The notes under the pieces: generated by a model
Seen by the model: only the letters and a program-made list of their open reading frames with translations
Databases searched by the model: none
What the model was told of the DNA's origin: nothing
Part shown: positions 1 through 14,749 of the stretch, piece by piece
Layout: each line of letters begins with the position of its first letter
Numbering within the stretch: position 1 is the stretch's first letter
DNA from: Octopus sinensis
Taxonomy: Eukaryota
Length of the DNA stretch: 64,000 nt
Assembly (NCBI RefSeq): GCF_006345805.1
Contig: NC_043005.1
Coordinates: 59,582,001 to 59,646,000 of the forward strand
Direction: 5' to 3'
Translations under genes and position numbers: made by a program

Positions 1-92
1 TGATACTTACTGATCAGACCACGTATTTGTTTAACTTGATATGTGATAATAAGTTCAGTGTATAATAAATTATCTTTACATGTATGACTGTG

Positions 93-161
<69 letters not shown>

Positions 162-978
162 ATATATGTGTGTGTTGATTCTAAAACGAATTGAAATTCT
201 TGAAATCGTGCATGGTGTGTAAAGAGTGTCTCCCCTCGGAGGGACAGTGACATAACGTAACGTGTTTTAAATATCTGGTATACCTAATAGCGTCCCAGAG
301 CTGAATCTAGCTGATTTCTCGTAGAAAGTATACACGTAAAGAAAAGCATAGTTTTATAGTACTCCTATCCTACCTTTTATTTGCTTTGCCCACTTCTCAT
401 AAAACTACTCGGGAAGACACGTAGGATTTTTCTCATGTAGACGTTATTTCGCATACACGTATAAGACACCCAGTTTTAATGTTTAGGCCAACAGAACGCA
501 CTAATTGTTCCGAACATATTAACATATACACAGAATCTGATATTTGGGGAAAGCTAATAGCCTGTACTTGGTGAGTGATTTATGTTGTAGCCACTAAACT
601 CATGTAAGGCAAAGTTAGGATTTGAAACTAGAACGTAAGCGATTAGAAAATGGACAAGTCTTCTGATGTGATAAGGATCCTAATTAATGGTTTCTAACAT
701 AGATTAAATGATTGGAATTTGGGGCGCAGGCGATAGTCGAATAAAGCACTCTGGTATTTACTAGTACGCCATTTTACTGATTTGTGAGTGATGAGATGTA
801 TAGGTAAACTTGGCGAGATTCGAACTTGTTACTAAATGTTGTTCTCTAGTTTGTCAAATGCCCTTATGCTTTAGACAGAATGCAAAGACCGTATAACACA
901 AAATATCTGAAGTTTGTACAGGATCTGAGTAAGTTTCCCACTTCAACCTTGCCTAATAAATCAAAGAGATGTACCAAA

Positions 979-1298
979 GGCGCATGGCACAGTAGTTAGA
1001 GCGTCGGGATCAAAATCATGAGGTTATAAGTTCGAATCCCGGACCGGGCTGTGTGTTGTGTCACTTATTCCACGTTGCTCCAGTTCACTCAGCTGTAGAA
1101 ATGAGCTGTGACGTCATTGGTGCCAAGTTGTATTGGCCTTTGCTTTTGATAACATCAGTGGCGTGAAGAGGGGGTGGCTAGTATACATGGGCAACTGCTG
1201 GTCTTCCATAAAATAAACTTGCCCGGATTTGTGCCAGGGAGGGGAACTTTCTAGGTGCAATCCCATGGCCATTCATGATCAAAAGGGTGTCTTTACCC
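979..1298 (+). mobile_element. tRNA-headed SINE, family C
   Basis: Head GGCGCATGGCACAGTAGTTAGAGC...AGTTCGAATCCC (A and B boxes). The body is colinear with the copy at 36478-36807. Confidence 0.85.
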
Positions 1299-1911
1299 AT
1301 TTTCTTTATACCAGTGACATCAACTGACTCCTTAAATTGACTACGTACGTTCCACGCAATGGTAGAACTATATATTATTTATATTACTAAGTGTAATACA
1401 TTTAACAGCATAGCATAGTCATAAACTCTGGCTGTAAGTTTTTCCTAAAACAGAGACCAGTATTACGTATCTACGTATGTCTCTTACCACTTTACGATTG
1501 TTTATTCAGAGAAATTTATTAAGTGCTAAGAACGGATTATTGCGAATCGATGATGAAGCTTAGAATCTGAGTGGTCCGAGATTACACTGATGGTTGAATT
1601 CAGATGAACAAAATATATAGATATAAATCAAAGTGACACTCAAAGATGAGGGATGTATTTTCTATGTATTGAGGCGTTTTCTTTTTTCCAGAGTTTTCTT
1701 TTTTCTATTGTAAGACATAGTCTGTATGTCTGCATTGTTGCAATGATTTATTGGCATGAATCAATATTTTATGTTTTTTGTATTTTCATTATTATTAAAG
1801 TTTTATTGTTATTTATGATATCATGGCATTAATATATTGATATTTTTTACCCAATAAACAAACTAGCATAGAAATACATTCGGATGTATGACTTCTTTAT
1901 AGATACGTATA

Positions 1912-1960
<49 letters not shown>

Positions 1961-2286
1961 TACATACAAACACATATATATAAATACATACATATATATA
2001 TATATGTGTGCGTGTATGTGTATGTATACCTGTATATGCATGTATATATTTGTATATATATGTATATGCATATACGCTTAGTCAGTTTATTTACATTATA
2101 TTTGTATTCACACGTAGATGTATCACTTATATAAGAAATCTAAAAACACCCACACACACACACGCATATATTTATATATATATATATATACACTCACATA
2201 CATATACATTTCAGATGTTGATACTATATTGATAATCATTTAAATATCCATATTCAAGGAAGTATGTATTTTTGTTTGATATAAGT

Positions 2287-2318
<32 letters not shown>

Positions 2319-2364
2319 ATATATATATAATATATATATATTATATATATTATATATATATAAT

Positions 2365-2442
<78 letters not shown>

Positions 2443-2758
2443 TGTGTATAGATACTTATTCGCATATATGAAAATGTAAGTTATAAGTCTGAGAACGTGA
2501 CGATTAAGATGTAAGATCAAATGACAAGCAGAAAATAAATTGAAAAAGTTATTCAAAAATTGTTAAATGAAAATAAAAGTATGATATAAATTCTAAAAAG
2601 ATTATATTAATCTCAAAAGCCCAAATATTGATTCAGTAAGTTCCTGTAAACTGGTGAGAATTTATTTTCGGTATGCCAAAATTACCCAAGAGATAATGTA
2701 GACATACATATACATGGTTACACACACGCATGCACGCACAGGTACACACACACAGACA

Positions 2759-2843
<85 letters not shown>

Positions 2844-2935
2844 GCGCCTTTATATATATATATATATATATAAATGTATGCGCATATATATATATATATA
2901 ATATATATATATATATATAATATATCTATATATAT

Positions 2936-2966
<31 letters not shown>

Positions 2967-4045
2967 GGATCTATATATAACTATGTGTGTGTGTGTGTAT
3001 GTTTGCGTGTGTTTGTGTGTACGTATGTCTAGCAGAAATTTCGGGAAGGTATCTAAAGCGATTGGAAAAATATTGAAGAAATATGAGTTTTTAAATATGA
3101 TTGAAAAGGAAAATGTAAATATAGAGAAGCTCTATTCGAAATACCCCAGTCTCGCTATCTGAATCTTGATATAAATAAGCAGTTAATATCAGAAAGATAC
3201 AAATGGTGAAAAATTAAAAGCGAGAATTAGCCCTAAGGATAACTTAATATTATACTTATAACACATATAGGGAAAAGGAATGTAATCTGCATAGTCATCC
3301 TACCCATAGTAACTACATCTTTCTCGAATCATACGCAGGTCACTTAACGTAGGAAAAAGTTATAACTATTCCAGCAGTAAGAAGTACAAAGATGGAACCT
3401 ACTGTCAATTCGTTACAGAGCACATGGTGTATATGGACTGAATGGAAATAACTCAGTGGATTCCTTGATGGTCTTGATTTCTGATACCCATGTGAAATAG
3501 GGACATGATCTGGTGTAACCTTTTTGTTACTGTAGAGTTTGAAGCTATCGAAAAGATGAGTCATATGCTGGTTTGCCCTTATTGGACATTTTTATTTCGT
3601 TTATTGTTTAGTCGGGTAGAAAGTACAAATACCATGATATTTTACCGGGCCACCGAGACTTGTAAGAGAGAAAGGAGTTATCTTAGAACTGGAGGACTGG
3701 TAGGAATGTGTGCACCATAATGGAGTCCACTAAATTTATCCGAATGTCCGGTGGTGTTATACCTGGTGATGAATGATGTCTACCATCTTTTTGTTTGGAT
3801 AGTCTGAGAGCAGCCCAAGAGTTGCGCAAAATATTTTTAAAATAGTAATTAACAATAAAGAATAATTTGTAAAATTTAACAAACAGCAACGTGGACGTAT
3901 GTGGATACAAAATGTGTATAAACCATTAAATATGAAAATTGTAGCTAAGAGTTTATGAAAAAGACTATAGGTGATATAAGAAGAACATTTATAGATGTAC
4001 CAGAAGGTTTTTGAAGGGAGGTGTAATCAGCATAATCAAAACATA

Positions 4046-4228
4046 TACTCTTTACTCTTTTACTTGTTTCAGTCATTTGACTTCGGCCATGCTGGAGCAC
4101 CGCCTTTAGTCGAGCAAATCGACCCCGGGACTTATTCTTTGTAAGCCCAGTACTTATTCTATCAGCCTCTTTTGCCGAACCGCTAAATCGGTTGTCAAAC
4201 AATGCTAGGGGAACAACACAGACACACA

Positions 4229-4312
<84 letters not shown>

Positions 4313-4484
4313 TACATATATACGACAGGCTTCTTTCAGTTTCCGTCTACCAAATCCACTCACAAGGCTTTGGTCGGCCCGAGGCTATAGCAGAAGACAC
4401 TTACTCAAGGTGCCACACAGTGGGACTGAACCCAGAACCATGTGGTTGGTTAGCAAGCTACTTACCACACAGCCACTCCTGCGC
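4046..4484 (-). mobile_element. tRNA-headed SINE, family A, with internal (TA)/(TG) microsatellite
   Basis: Reverse complement is colinear with 9452-9856: A box TGGCTGTGTGG, B box GGTTCAGTCCC and a (TAAAAGAG)n-like tail. Confidence 0.9.
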
Positions 4485-4562
4485 ATATATGCAAGAATCA
4501 TTGTAAAATGGAAGTAGAGAAAGTTAATACAATATGCTCATAGTTTGTGATTGCAGATTCTC

Positions 4563-4708
4563 GATGATGAATTTGTTCGTCTTTGTAAAGAGACAAACTA
4601 AAATGTTAGCCTGCGTTAGAGAACTTCTCACTGAGGAAGGATGAAGCAACTGTTAAGCAAGCAAACATTTTAGTTTGTCTCTTTACAAAGGCGACTAAAT
4701 TCATCATC
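4563..4708. repeat. Inverted repeat/hairpin
   Basis: 45-bp arms (4563-4607 and 4664-4708), 42 of 45 matching, with a 56-nt spacer. Confidence 0.85.
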
Positions 4709-5285
4709 AACAATATGTTCCATTGAATCTGAGAGAAATATGTCAAAAACTATTCTCGGAATAGAAGAATTCACCTTTTAATTAAATTACCATAAACAGG
4801 ATTTTGATTCTGTAAAGTAAAGGAACAAAGCACTTGTCAACTTGCAGAGTAACATGGTTAAAATTGACAAGGTTTACAACACGATCATTATGTTGCATCT
4901 GATTGGACTTTGTCGAAGGTGACTTCGTCTCTCAAATATGTAAAATCCCTTTAAAACGCGGAGCCATTTGACATGTAAAACCTGGATTTATCACTCTACT
5001 TCATCTTCATAAGCAATATGAAGAGGCCGGAAGATGAAAATATAAGGAAATTGTGTATTATAAATAATTTAATATGTTAAAAAAAAACACTAAATAATGT
5101 TTATATATTGACAAAGAAATATCTTATTTCTAGTAATCAATTACTAGAGATTTCGAAATTATAGCTTCCGTATATCTGGAGCGGATCTATCGAGCAGACA
5201 CACATGATCTAACAAGTGGTACGCAACGTGTTGGTTAAACAATAATAGCAGAATACAACTATTAAAATTTACTCGAGGCAGGTGC

Positions 5286-6812
5286 CGAAGGTGACCGAAA
5301 CCAATTTCTTTCAAAATTTGCATGCAAAATGGCCTTCATATGAAACGTTTAAATATGAAATATTTCTTTACTCGACTCTAATATTTGTTGGGTAATTTTT
5401 CTTTCTTTTGTTTTCATTTTAGACCATTTAAATAAATCTACAACTTTTGCTTCGTCTATTTTTCCTGAAAATAACAATAAAAGTTGACCTAATATTTGAC
5501 CTTTGACCTTTCATAGGTCAAAAGACGTGGTCAACGATCTTTTTGAAATTTTGTCCAAATACTTCCCTACTTAGTCACAACTCACATACAGGAATTCATA
5601 CTGGCATTTTAGTCGGAACTGTAGTTGTAAGGTCTATTAACTATGGTTAATGTTATACAGCCTAGTTAAATTACTTAAGTCTTATTTTCTTTCAGATTGG
5701 ATATATATGATCGTTTAAGTCATATTCTAGCCATAGAAAAAAGCGCTTTTCCTCAAGAAACTGCCAGTTATGTTTCTCAGTTTTATAAAAATGAAGTAAG
5801 GAGTGTTATGCCAAGAGAAAAGGATTACAAATAAGTAAAAAATGTTGGCAAAAGGGTCTACGAGTGAAAGTATCTCATACTTTATAACTTAAAGGGAGCT
5901 TTCCAGTTGTTTAAATCAAAAAATTCTGATGTCAAACTTAGTTTCTCAAAATTTTGCAGAGTGAAGGCCAAAAGAATTCATACTTGTAGGTAGTGCTGGT
6001 GCACATAATGCATGTGTATGCAACATTCATTAGAATGTCAAACTAATGATTTCTGGCATGAAACTATCTGATTTAACCAAGGATATGAAGCAATGATTGG
6101 AATTAATTACTTGCAATCCAACAACAAACGACTGTTACAAGGGTAACTGTAAAAATTGTAGTTCTTTGCTAGAAGAGCTTGGAAATGTTAATTGTGAATA
6201 TGATTAATGAAGTACAGTACAAGCAATGGCTAACAACAGACAGAACAATCCTAGAAAATATATCAAAATTAAATTATAATTTTATTTGAATTTTCTGTCG
6301 AAAGCTTAAAGCACTTGAACTACATGATTTCATTGCAAAGGAACGATTGTAAATTTTGTACTCCAAGAAAAGTATCTTTAAGTGAAGGAGGAATCTAAGT
6401 CCTAGCAGAGTTTTCAGAGAATTATTCATGGATCTTGCAAGATGTTGTACAAATATTTCATTAGAACAATGCCTATGCTATTCTCCGTCCGTTTGTCTGT
6501 TATCATAAACAAAACAATGATGTGACTAATATCAATGTTGTTATTATATCCGACTGTATGAAGCATGATAATGTAGTAGTCCATCTCTTCCAAAATCGAA
6601 AATAAAAAGGAAGAAAAAAGATGACAGATTTTTCTTTGAAATTTTAAAAAATGGTCATAACTCAGCAAATATTAGATTGAGATAAAAAAAATATTTCATA
6701 GTTAAAGGTTTCATATGAAGGCCATTTAGCATGCACATTTTGAAAGAAATCCGTTTCGGCCACCTTCAGTTTTTTTTCTTTTAAACTGCGTTGATTTCAT
6801 ACGGAATCACCC
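5286..6812 (+). mobile_element. Sola2-like DNA transposon remnant with ~115-bp inverted repeats
   Basis: Transposase motifs GSAGAHNACVCNIH*NVKLM, QYKQWLTTDRTIL, VLAEFSENYSWILQDVVQIFH*NNAYAILRPFVCY and ISDCMKHDNVVVHLFQ. Inverted repeats at ~5286-5400 and ~6645-6768. Candidate GGG terminus at 6812 (minus). Superfamily assigned from recalled motifs. Confidence 0.75.
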
Positions 6813-8290
6813 AATATAATCTGTAGAAAATAACAACTTCCCTCCTCAATAAGGTACGACGCAATTTACATTATTGCTCTAACACATAGAAACACGTGCA
6901 CATCTACACACAGACACAGACACATACTCTGAGATACACACGTGCGCGCGTGTTTGTATGAGTGCGTGCTCTGGAGAAAGATAACAGTTTGATTAGCATA
7001 TGTTTACACCTCACATAGAAAAATGAACCAGTTTCGTATTGATAAATACACTTATGAATGTATTGTTCATTTCTTATAATCTATTTTCCTCTTTTTTTTT
7101 TATTAGTAATTCATTGACTTCTTTGTTCCAATATCTGGAATCGTGCCATTTTATTTATTTATTTAGTTATTTATTTTTACTTCATAATACACAAAGAGGT
7201 ATTTCTTCTAAGAAACAGAATTCTTTACGGTTATTATTGCTGGTGTTGCTCAGTTGGTTTTCTTCTCTTTCATCTGCCTTGTATTAAGTTTCGTTTCAAA
7301 TTACATAGTCATAAACATATACACGTATACACGAATATATATATATATATATGTACTTAAACAATGATGATGATGATGGCTTATATATATATATATAATA
7401 TATATTTTATATAAATATACGTATACATAAACAAACGCACACGCACGCGCACACACATATATATTTACATATACCTATACATATATATACATACATAATG
7501 CATATATAATACATACATATATATGTATATGTATAGGTATATGTGTATATACATACATAATGCATATATAATACATATATAATATATATATATATGTATG
7601 TCTGTATATAAATACATATAGGACTGAAATTCTGAAGGAATAACACGTAGATAAGGTAGTTTTGAACTTTTACAATGTTACTGATTTCGGAGCTTTCATT
7701 GAACAACCTCAACAATTGTCTTATCTCTCGGGATTTTGCAAAACAAACATTGCTAAATTTTTGATTCAATTATGGTGTCTTCTAGTTTATTTCATATAAG
7801 ACCAAGAACATATCGGAATTATGGAACGTACGTATAAGTATACCGACATAGAGTGTAACGAATACAAACACATTATTGAATAGCATTATAGCATTATATG
7901 TATGATATGTATACATACATACATATATATATTCATATGTATGCGTGTGTGTATATGCACATATACATGTAACTCCCTCGATACGCAATGCTTTATTCTA
8001 TTTATAACATATATAAACCAATACACGTACATCACTACTATGTTACAAAGAAACACATACACACACGAACACACACACAACACCTACACACAAACACTCA
8101 CATACACACAAACAAACACATACACACACATGCACATACATACATTTATATATGTGCTGCCCAATTTATCGGTTTAATGTGTATGAGGGTGTATTATTCA
8201 TATACAAATATATCTATACATCTCTCTCTGCATATATTATATATATTTATGTATGTATGTATGTATATATATATGTATATATAATATATA

Positions 8291-8345
<55 letters not shown>

Positions 8346-8434
8346 TTTGAGGTTCTCAGCAAATCGGTACAAAACAATGTGGTGAACATAATATCAAATA
8401 CAAAGGGTAGATTAAAATATAATGTTCTACTGAA

Positions 8435-8489
<55 letters not shown>

Positions 8490-8771
8490 ATATATACATT
8501 TATTATTTGCAACTACACGTATGTATTGAAAAGAGGCTATTTCAGATAAGATCGGAAAAGAAGCATCTTTTGCTTAGAAATATATATATATATATATGTG
8601 TGTGTGTATTTATACATATATTAATTTATATCTAACTTCCAATCAGGTATTAAACATAACTTTTTCTGAGACATTTGTTTGATATTATATATATTTGAAT
8701 AGATTGCAGCGTGTATATGTAGGACCGGAAATTTGGTTGCTAAGGTTTTCTTTATAACATTATAAGTTACA

Positions 8772-8835
8772 TAATCTTTACACGTGTTTCACTGCCACAG
8801 AATAATTTCTACAACGCCGGATCATCAGAAGATAA
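8772..8835 (-). ncRNA. Hammerhead-like motif, imperfect helix II
   Basis: Minus: UUAUCUU-CUGAUGA-(31 nt imperfect GU-rich stem)-GAAA-C(ACGU)G-UA-AAGAUUA. Helix I is 5 bp. The segment lies between two (TA)n runs (~8580 and ~8900). Confidence 0.6.
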
Positions 8836-9363
8836 TTTAATCCACTGACGCTTGTCAAACTGAAAAATACGTATACCTCCAGCTACTCCTATATACAAAT
8901 ATATATATATATATATCTGTTGAAGAAAGGAGTTTTCTTATTTTCAAATCGTGAGATATTGTAAGGGTCAGAGAGTGAGAGAGAGAGAGAGAGATGGGTT
9001 TTAAGTGCAATCAGGGTGTTAAGAGAAGGGGAAAAATTAGGCGTTGACAACTGATTGATAATTCAGCAGAAAAAAACCACGCACACATTCACCTTCATGC
9101 TTATATAACCACTTGTATATGAATGCTGTTGCAAATTCCAAGATTTGCTAACATATATACGTGCATAGTTCGTTTCCACCGCTAATGATTTGTTCCTAAA
9201 TTTATGTAGCTAGAGGCGGTGTTTTTGCTAGATCATATATCGAACTGGTTGGCAATGTAGAATTTAGGTATATATAAATACGTATAATTATGCTCAGATA
9301 TATACACAGAAATATATCCGTCTTAAAATGTCCCTAAAAGCCTATTTATACAGAGACATAGGG

Positions 9364-9395
<32 letters not shown>

Positions 9396-9419
9396 TATAT
9401 ATATATATATATATATATA

Positions 9420-9451
<32 letters not shown>

Positions 9452-9453
<2 letters not shown>

Positions 9454-9856
9454 CGCAGGAGTGGCTGTGTGGTAAGTAGCTTGTTTACCAACCACATGGT
9501 TCCGGGTTCAGTCCCACTGCGTGGCATCTTGGGCAAGTGTCTTCTACTATAGCCTCGGGCCGACCAAAGCCTTGTGAGTGGATTTGGTAGACGGAAACTG
9601 AAAGAATATGTATATATATATATATATGCGTGTATGTGTTTGTGTGTCTGTGTTTGTCCCCCAAGCATTGCTTGACAACCGATGCTGGTGTGTTTATGTC
9701 CCCGTCACTTAGCGGTTCGGCAAAAGAGACCGATAGAATAAGTACTGGGCTTACAAAAGAATAAGTCCCGCGGTCGATTTTCTCGATTAAAGGCGGTGCT
9801 CCAGCATGGCCGCAGTCAAATGACTGAAACAAGTAAAAGAGTAAAGAGTAAAAGAG
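9452..9856 (+). mobile_element. tRNA-headed SINE, family A (possible CORE-like domain)
   Basis: GGCGCAGGAGTGGCTGTGTGG...GGTTCAGTCCC...CTTGGGCAAG..., internal microsatellite, tail AAGTAAAAGAGTAAAGAG. Multiple copies in the window. Confidence 0.9.
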
Positions 9857-10119
9857 TATATATATATATATATCGATTAACTCAGAAGCAACACATCTTG
9901 TTTCATTATAGCTATCATTTCTAATGTCATATATATTTATATGTATATATGGATGTATGTACGTATGTATATGTAAGTATATGTGTGTGTGAGTATGTGC
10001 GTTTGTGTGTGCGTATCGTTAAGTTTATGTATATATATTTATATTCGTCTGTTTAGTTATCCATCCGTTCATCCGTCCGTCCGTCTGTCTGTCTGTCTGT
10101 CTGTCTTTCAGTCTATCTC

Positions 10120-10171
<52 letters not shown>

Positions 10172-10652
10172 TTATCTATCTATCTACATGCGTGCACTTA
10201 AATTCGTCTATGTGCCATACAGTTTTACTTCTATGTGTTTGATTAAATACAAGATTATTTCTTTGGTATACATTTCTTATTTTATGTTTTCCATATCTAT
10301 TCATTAACTTGTTATCGGCATTCCCCAGCAAAATTATTTCGGACTTGGATTTTTTATTTTTTGTATTTTTTCATTTGTCAGTAGCTACATGTTAATAATT
10401 TACAATAAATGGCAAAATGTGATATATGGCCTGTACAACAACATAAGGTATAAGATTTAGCAGTGACACTCACAAACGCCACAGTTATAAAAGAAATCGA
10501 AGGAAATCCTTTACTACCTTGTAATAACATAGATACTTGCACAATGAATTAAAGAATTCATCTGAAAATAGGCGCAGACTAAATAAAAAATGTAGAGTGA
10601 AACTCTTTTAATAGCACATCTGATCGTTACAACGAAAGTGTATCCATTAGTG

Positions 10653-10886
10653 AAGGCGGCGAGCTGGCAGAAACGTTAGCACGCCGGGCGAAATGCGTAG
10701 CCGTATTTCGTCTGTCATTACGTTCTGAGTTCAAATTCCGCCGAGGTCAACTTTGCCTTTCATCCTTTCGGGGTCGATAAATTAAGTACCAGTTACGCAC
10801 TGGGGTCGATATAATCGACTTCATACCTATGTCTGTCCTTGTTTGTCCCCTCTATGTTTAGCCCCTCGTGGGTAATAAAGAAACAG
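10653..10886 (+). mobile_element. tRNA-related SINE, family B, with 13-bp TSD
   Basis: AAGGCGGCGAGCTGGCAG...GAGTTCAAATTCC... flanked by the direct repeat GTATCCATTAGTG (10640-10652 and 10887-10899). Confidence 0.92.
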
Positions 10887-11288
10887 GTATCCATTAGTGT
10901 TGTAAACCTGAAGTTATAAAGTACATCAACTGCAATTTCATTACTGCATATACAACTAAAAAGCCCACAAAATACAAAAAGGGAAATATAATTTTTGTTT
11001 TAACATACCCTTATAAACCCATGCCTCAACTGAAAATTACTGATGCTTGTGAACTCACTTGTACCCTTTAATCACAAATTTCATTTCTTTTTCAGAAAAT
11101 GCATTTATCACATATATGATTTCACAAAATATAGTTTAACAAAAACAAGATTTTATAGAAATAAAATTATATTACATTATTCTTCGGTTTCTAATTTTTT
11201 AAGTTCCCCCACGATTTTGACAATCTGTATATTATAAACTAAATTGTCCAGTATGCAATTCTATTGTTTAGACTGTATAATGTCTATA

Positions 11289-11450
11289 TACGACGGGTTG
11301 CTGAAAAGTTCCTTGTTCTGGTAAAAGAAAATACAGGAGGGTCAGTAAATTATGATTTTATACAACATATTCCCATCTCAGATTCAGACACTTATTGCAG
11401 CCCTGCAAAAGAACTCGGAAGTTTAGGCCTCCATCCAGGCCTTTCGCGTG
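11289..11450 (-). mobile_element. Mariner (Tc1/mariner) 3' end and TIR
   Basis: TA-CGACGGGTTGCTGAAAAGTTCC terminus; the minus frame ends GCNKCLNLRWEYVV*, resembling the mariner ...KCV...GEYVE* C-terminus. Confidence 0.75.
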
Positions 11451-12217
11451 ATATATGTATGTGTACATACATTAATTCATGTATAGATAGATACACACAC
11501 ACATAAAATACACGCGTATACGGATACATACTAACAGCAATAAATATAAATTTTGGTTTTTGTAGTATCTGTTTGATAAATGGCTGTTGGTGAAAGGAAA
11601 AGTAACATCGATGACATTTACCCAGTATGCCGCTGAGAACTGTGAAATTGAAACAAACACTTTTAACACACACATGGCCTATATGTTTCTGAACATTATA
11701 TATATTTCAGGTGCAACTTTCTCCTTATCATTCTCATTCTTTTTAAATCGATATGTTTATATAAATCATTGTAGATTGCTGTTAAAACTATCTTAATTTC
11801 TGGTGTTTGAGAAAAACCAAAAGTCCCTGACACATCTATATATTTAAGTGATATTTATTTTCGAAAAACTCTTTACTAACTTTGCAAGACACTTTTCAGT
11901 GGAGACTTATATTTTTATATATTAGTTTCAGTAAACCTTCATGAAAAGTAACTGGAACTGTCGAGTAAAGGAAAGTGAGATTAAGAAAAGTAAAGAGATT
12001 TTAAATAGCAAACTACACACTTTCGGACAATGCTACATAAATACTTAGAAGCACTGAATCATTCTCACTTCAACTAACAGAACGACTTCGAAATTCCTCT
12101 GTATGTGATACTACCTTATAACAAGAAATTTACAGCCATACAAGACAGATATTTTTTTGAATGAGCATTTCTATTTCTTCTTGCATTTTGCTGGTAAATA
12201 GTAGCCACATGCATGAG

Positions 12218-12334
<117 letters not shown>

Positions 12335-12345
12335 CATATGCACAC

Positions 12346-12575
12346 AAGGCGGCGAGCTGACAGAATAGTTTGAACGCCGGCGAAATGCGTAGCCGTATTT
12401 CGTCTGCCGTTACGTTCTGGGTTCAAATTCCGCCGAGGCGACTTCGCCTTTCATCCTTTCGGGGTCGATAAATTAAGTACCTCTTACGCGCTGGTGTCGA
12501 AGTAATCGACTTAATACCTTTGTCTGTCCTTGTTTGTCCCCTCTGTTTTTAACCCCTCGTGGATAGTAAAGAAAT
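12346..12575 (+). mobile_element. SINE family B
   Basis: Colinear with 10653-10886. Confidence 0.88.
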
Positions 12576-12885
12576 ATATATATATATATATATATATACA
12601 CACTTGCACACACGCACACACACAAACACACACACACATAAAAGTCTATATATTTGAATGTATTCAGGAATTAGGCAATCATCACAATAAAAGGCTCAAT
12701 TGAAATACTTCTAAGTTTTATACGAAAATTTGCAGTAGTGTTTCGGATCGAGCCAGATCTTGTAAAGCGGATGAAAATATGAATGGTGGGAGTAGTTACC
12801 AAATATCGGTAGTTGAAAGCGAGTAATAGCTAGAAAATTCTGAACTAAAATTTTGGATGTTAAAGGAAATCCTTACTTTTTTTTC

Positions 12886-13076
12886 AAATTTTGGCACAAA
12901 GCCAGCAGTTTTTGAGTAAGGGTAGTAAGTCGATTACATCCACTCCAATGCTTAACTGCTACTTATTTTATCGAATCCCCGGAAGGATGAAAGGTAATAC
13001 TGACCTCGGTGGAATTTGATCTCAAATTGTAAAGAGAGATGAAACGTTATTACTGTTTCTACCAGCTTGCTTCCTT
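12886..13076 (-). mobile_element. Degenerate family B SINE
   Basis: Reverse match to the family B core (CCTCGGTGGAATTTGA) and tail (TTTTGGCACAAAGCC). Confidence 0.65.
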
Positions 13077-13257
13077 AAATGAGATTCTTATTTTAAGATG
13101 AAAAACACTGGAAACAAAAAAAAGTTGCCTTAAATAAAAATATTACACACAAACCCACATACAGACACGCACGCGCATACACACATATATACACACACAC
13201 ACTCACACGCACATACATACACACACATAATATATAACATTTACGTTACATTTATTC

Positions 13258-13319
<62 letters not shown>

Positions 13320-13915
13320 CGACGAGGTCTTCTCTCGAGATTGAAAATAATGGTCTTTCGTTTCGCTTATTGTTGTTATTTGCGGACTCTAATGTGATTG
13401 GTGAGTCTAATTCTTGCTTGCAAGTTCCTTCCACAAATAGGACACGTTATTCCGGAGGGATATTTAATTCTTGCCTATGCTTGTCTATCTTTTCTGCACC
13501 TCCTCTTCTCTCCTTGTTCGGCAGTCCTACTTGTCTCAAAAGTTGTTCGTCCCCCTTTGATGCTGGACCTCCTTCACTCTTTATCCTGAGCATTTCTCCC
13601 CCAGTTCTAGATGTCAATATTACACTCTCGAAGTTGGCTTTTAGGACATCTTTGAATCTTTTCTTTTGTCCTCCTCTGCTTCGATTTCCTTCGTTTAGTT
13701 GGGATGGATTAAGATAGCTTCATTGAAGGCCATTGCTTCTTTCAACACAGTCATGTTTGTACTTCTCAGTTGATGTTGAAAATATTTCTAAGACAATGTT
13801 GGTAGGACCTTTGAAGAGATTTTATGAGAATTCTGAGCGTAGTCAAAGCCATAGATACGAATAGGACCGTAGGGATGATGACTGCCTTATATACAATCAT
13901 TTTTGTGTCAGAAAG
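13320..13915 (-). mobile_element. RTE-clade LINE 3' fragment
   Basis: TKMIVYKAVIIPTVLF...QHCLRNIFNIN...NEGNRSRGGQKKRFKDVLKAN...GITCPICGRNLQARIRLTNHIRVRK* (stop 13376-78), short 3'UTR, then (TA)n. Confidence 0.88.
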
Positions 13916-14749
13916 AAAATTTAAACAACTTTAATTGAAAATGCTCCTGTTTTGAGGGAAGCAAAATAAGCTCTGAAATGTAGGTGATTAAAGAATAATT
14001 TCAGAGATCACACTTCTATGGCACAAAATGTAAGAATATGTGCAACAAACTTAAATATGGTTTTAAAACAAATATAAGACAACTAACGAAGTTATTGTTT
14101 TTTTCACCGTTCTCAAATGATTTTGTCTTCAATAAAAACATTTATAAAATATAAATTAAATAGTACATTATATAATATAATAATGAGATTGAATCTGTAT
14201 CTCGCCTGATAAAACGAAGACTCTATACGTCATTAACCTTAGAATTGTTTCTAGTATATAAATTATTTCTAATTCCATCGCTAAAAGTTACAATAAAGAA
14301 AGCTAATTGGAACATAATTAATGTGATTAACCTCCACGGACAAAATATTACGCCGGATTTGAATATAGATAATAGAACCAAGCCACTGTTATCTAAATAA
14401 CCCTACTGTGTTCAGTAACATTACAAACCTGATTTCGACCAAAGTCCATCAATTAGATTAATCAATACAACTACAATTGACATCTAAGTAATTAGTAAAA
14501 ATTTCTGATTTATATTAGATAAACGTCTTTCTAAAGTCAAGGTGCTGTCGCCCATAACATTATGAAAGAACTCCTAGATATAATCGAATATTGTAAATTA
14601 ATCCAGAATAAGCGCAACACTAAATTTTTATAATTCGATATTGAAGGCTATTATCCGTCTATCACACAAATGCTCTTAATCTAGGCACTCAGTTTAATTA
14701 ATAGCGGCTGTGTGATAAGACGCTCCAACTAATTAATAACGACTGCATA

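Noticed and set aside
3340-3900. Possible ancient RT remnant (AYDS, RNPLS on minus)
   Set aside because: Motifs are too weak and lie in different frames.
6745-6770. CUGAAGG...GAAA in the Sola inverted repeat
   Set aside because: No helix II or III pairing; coincidental.
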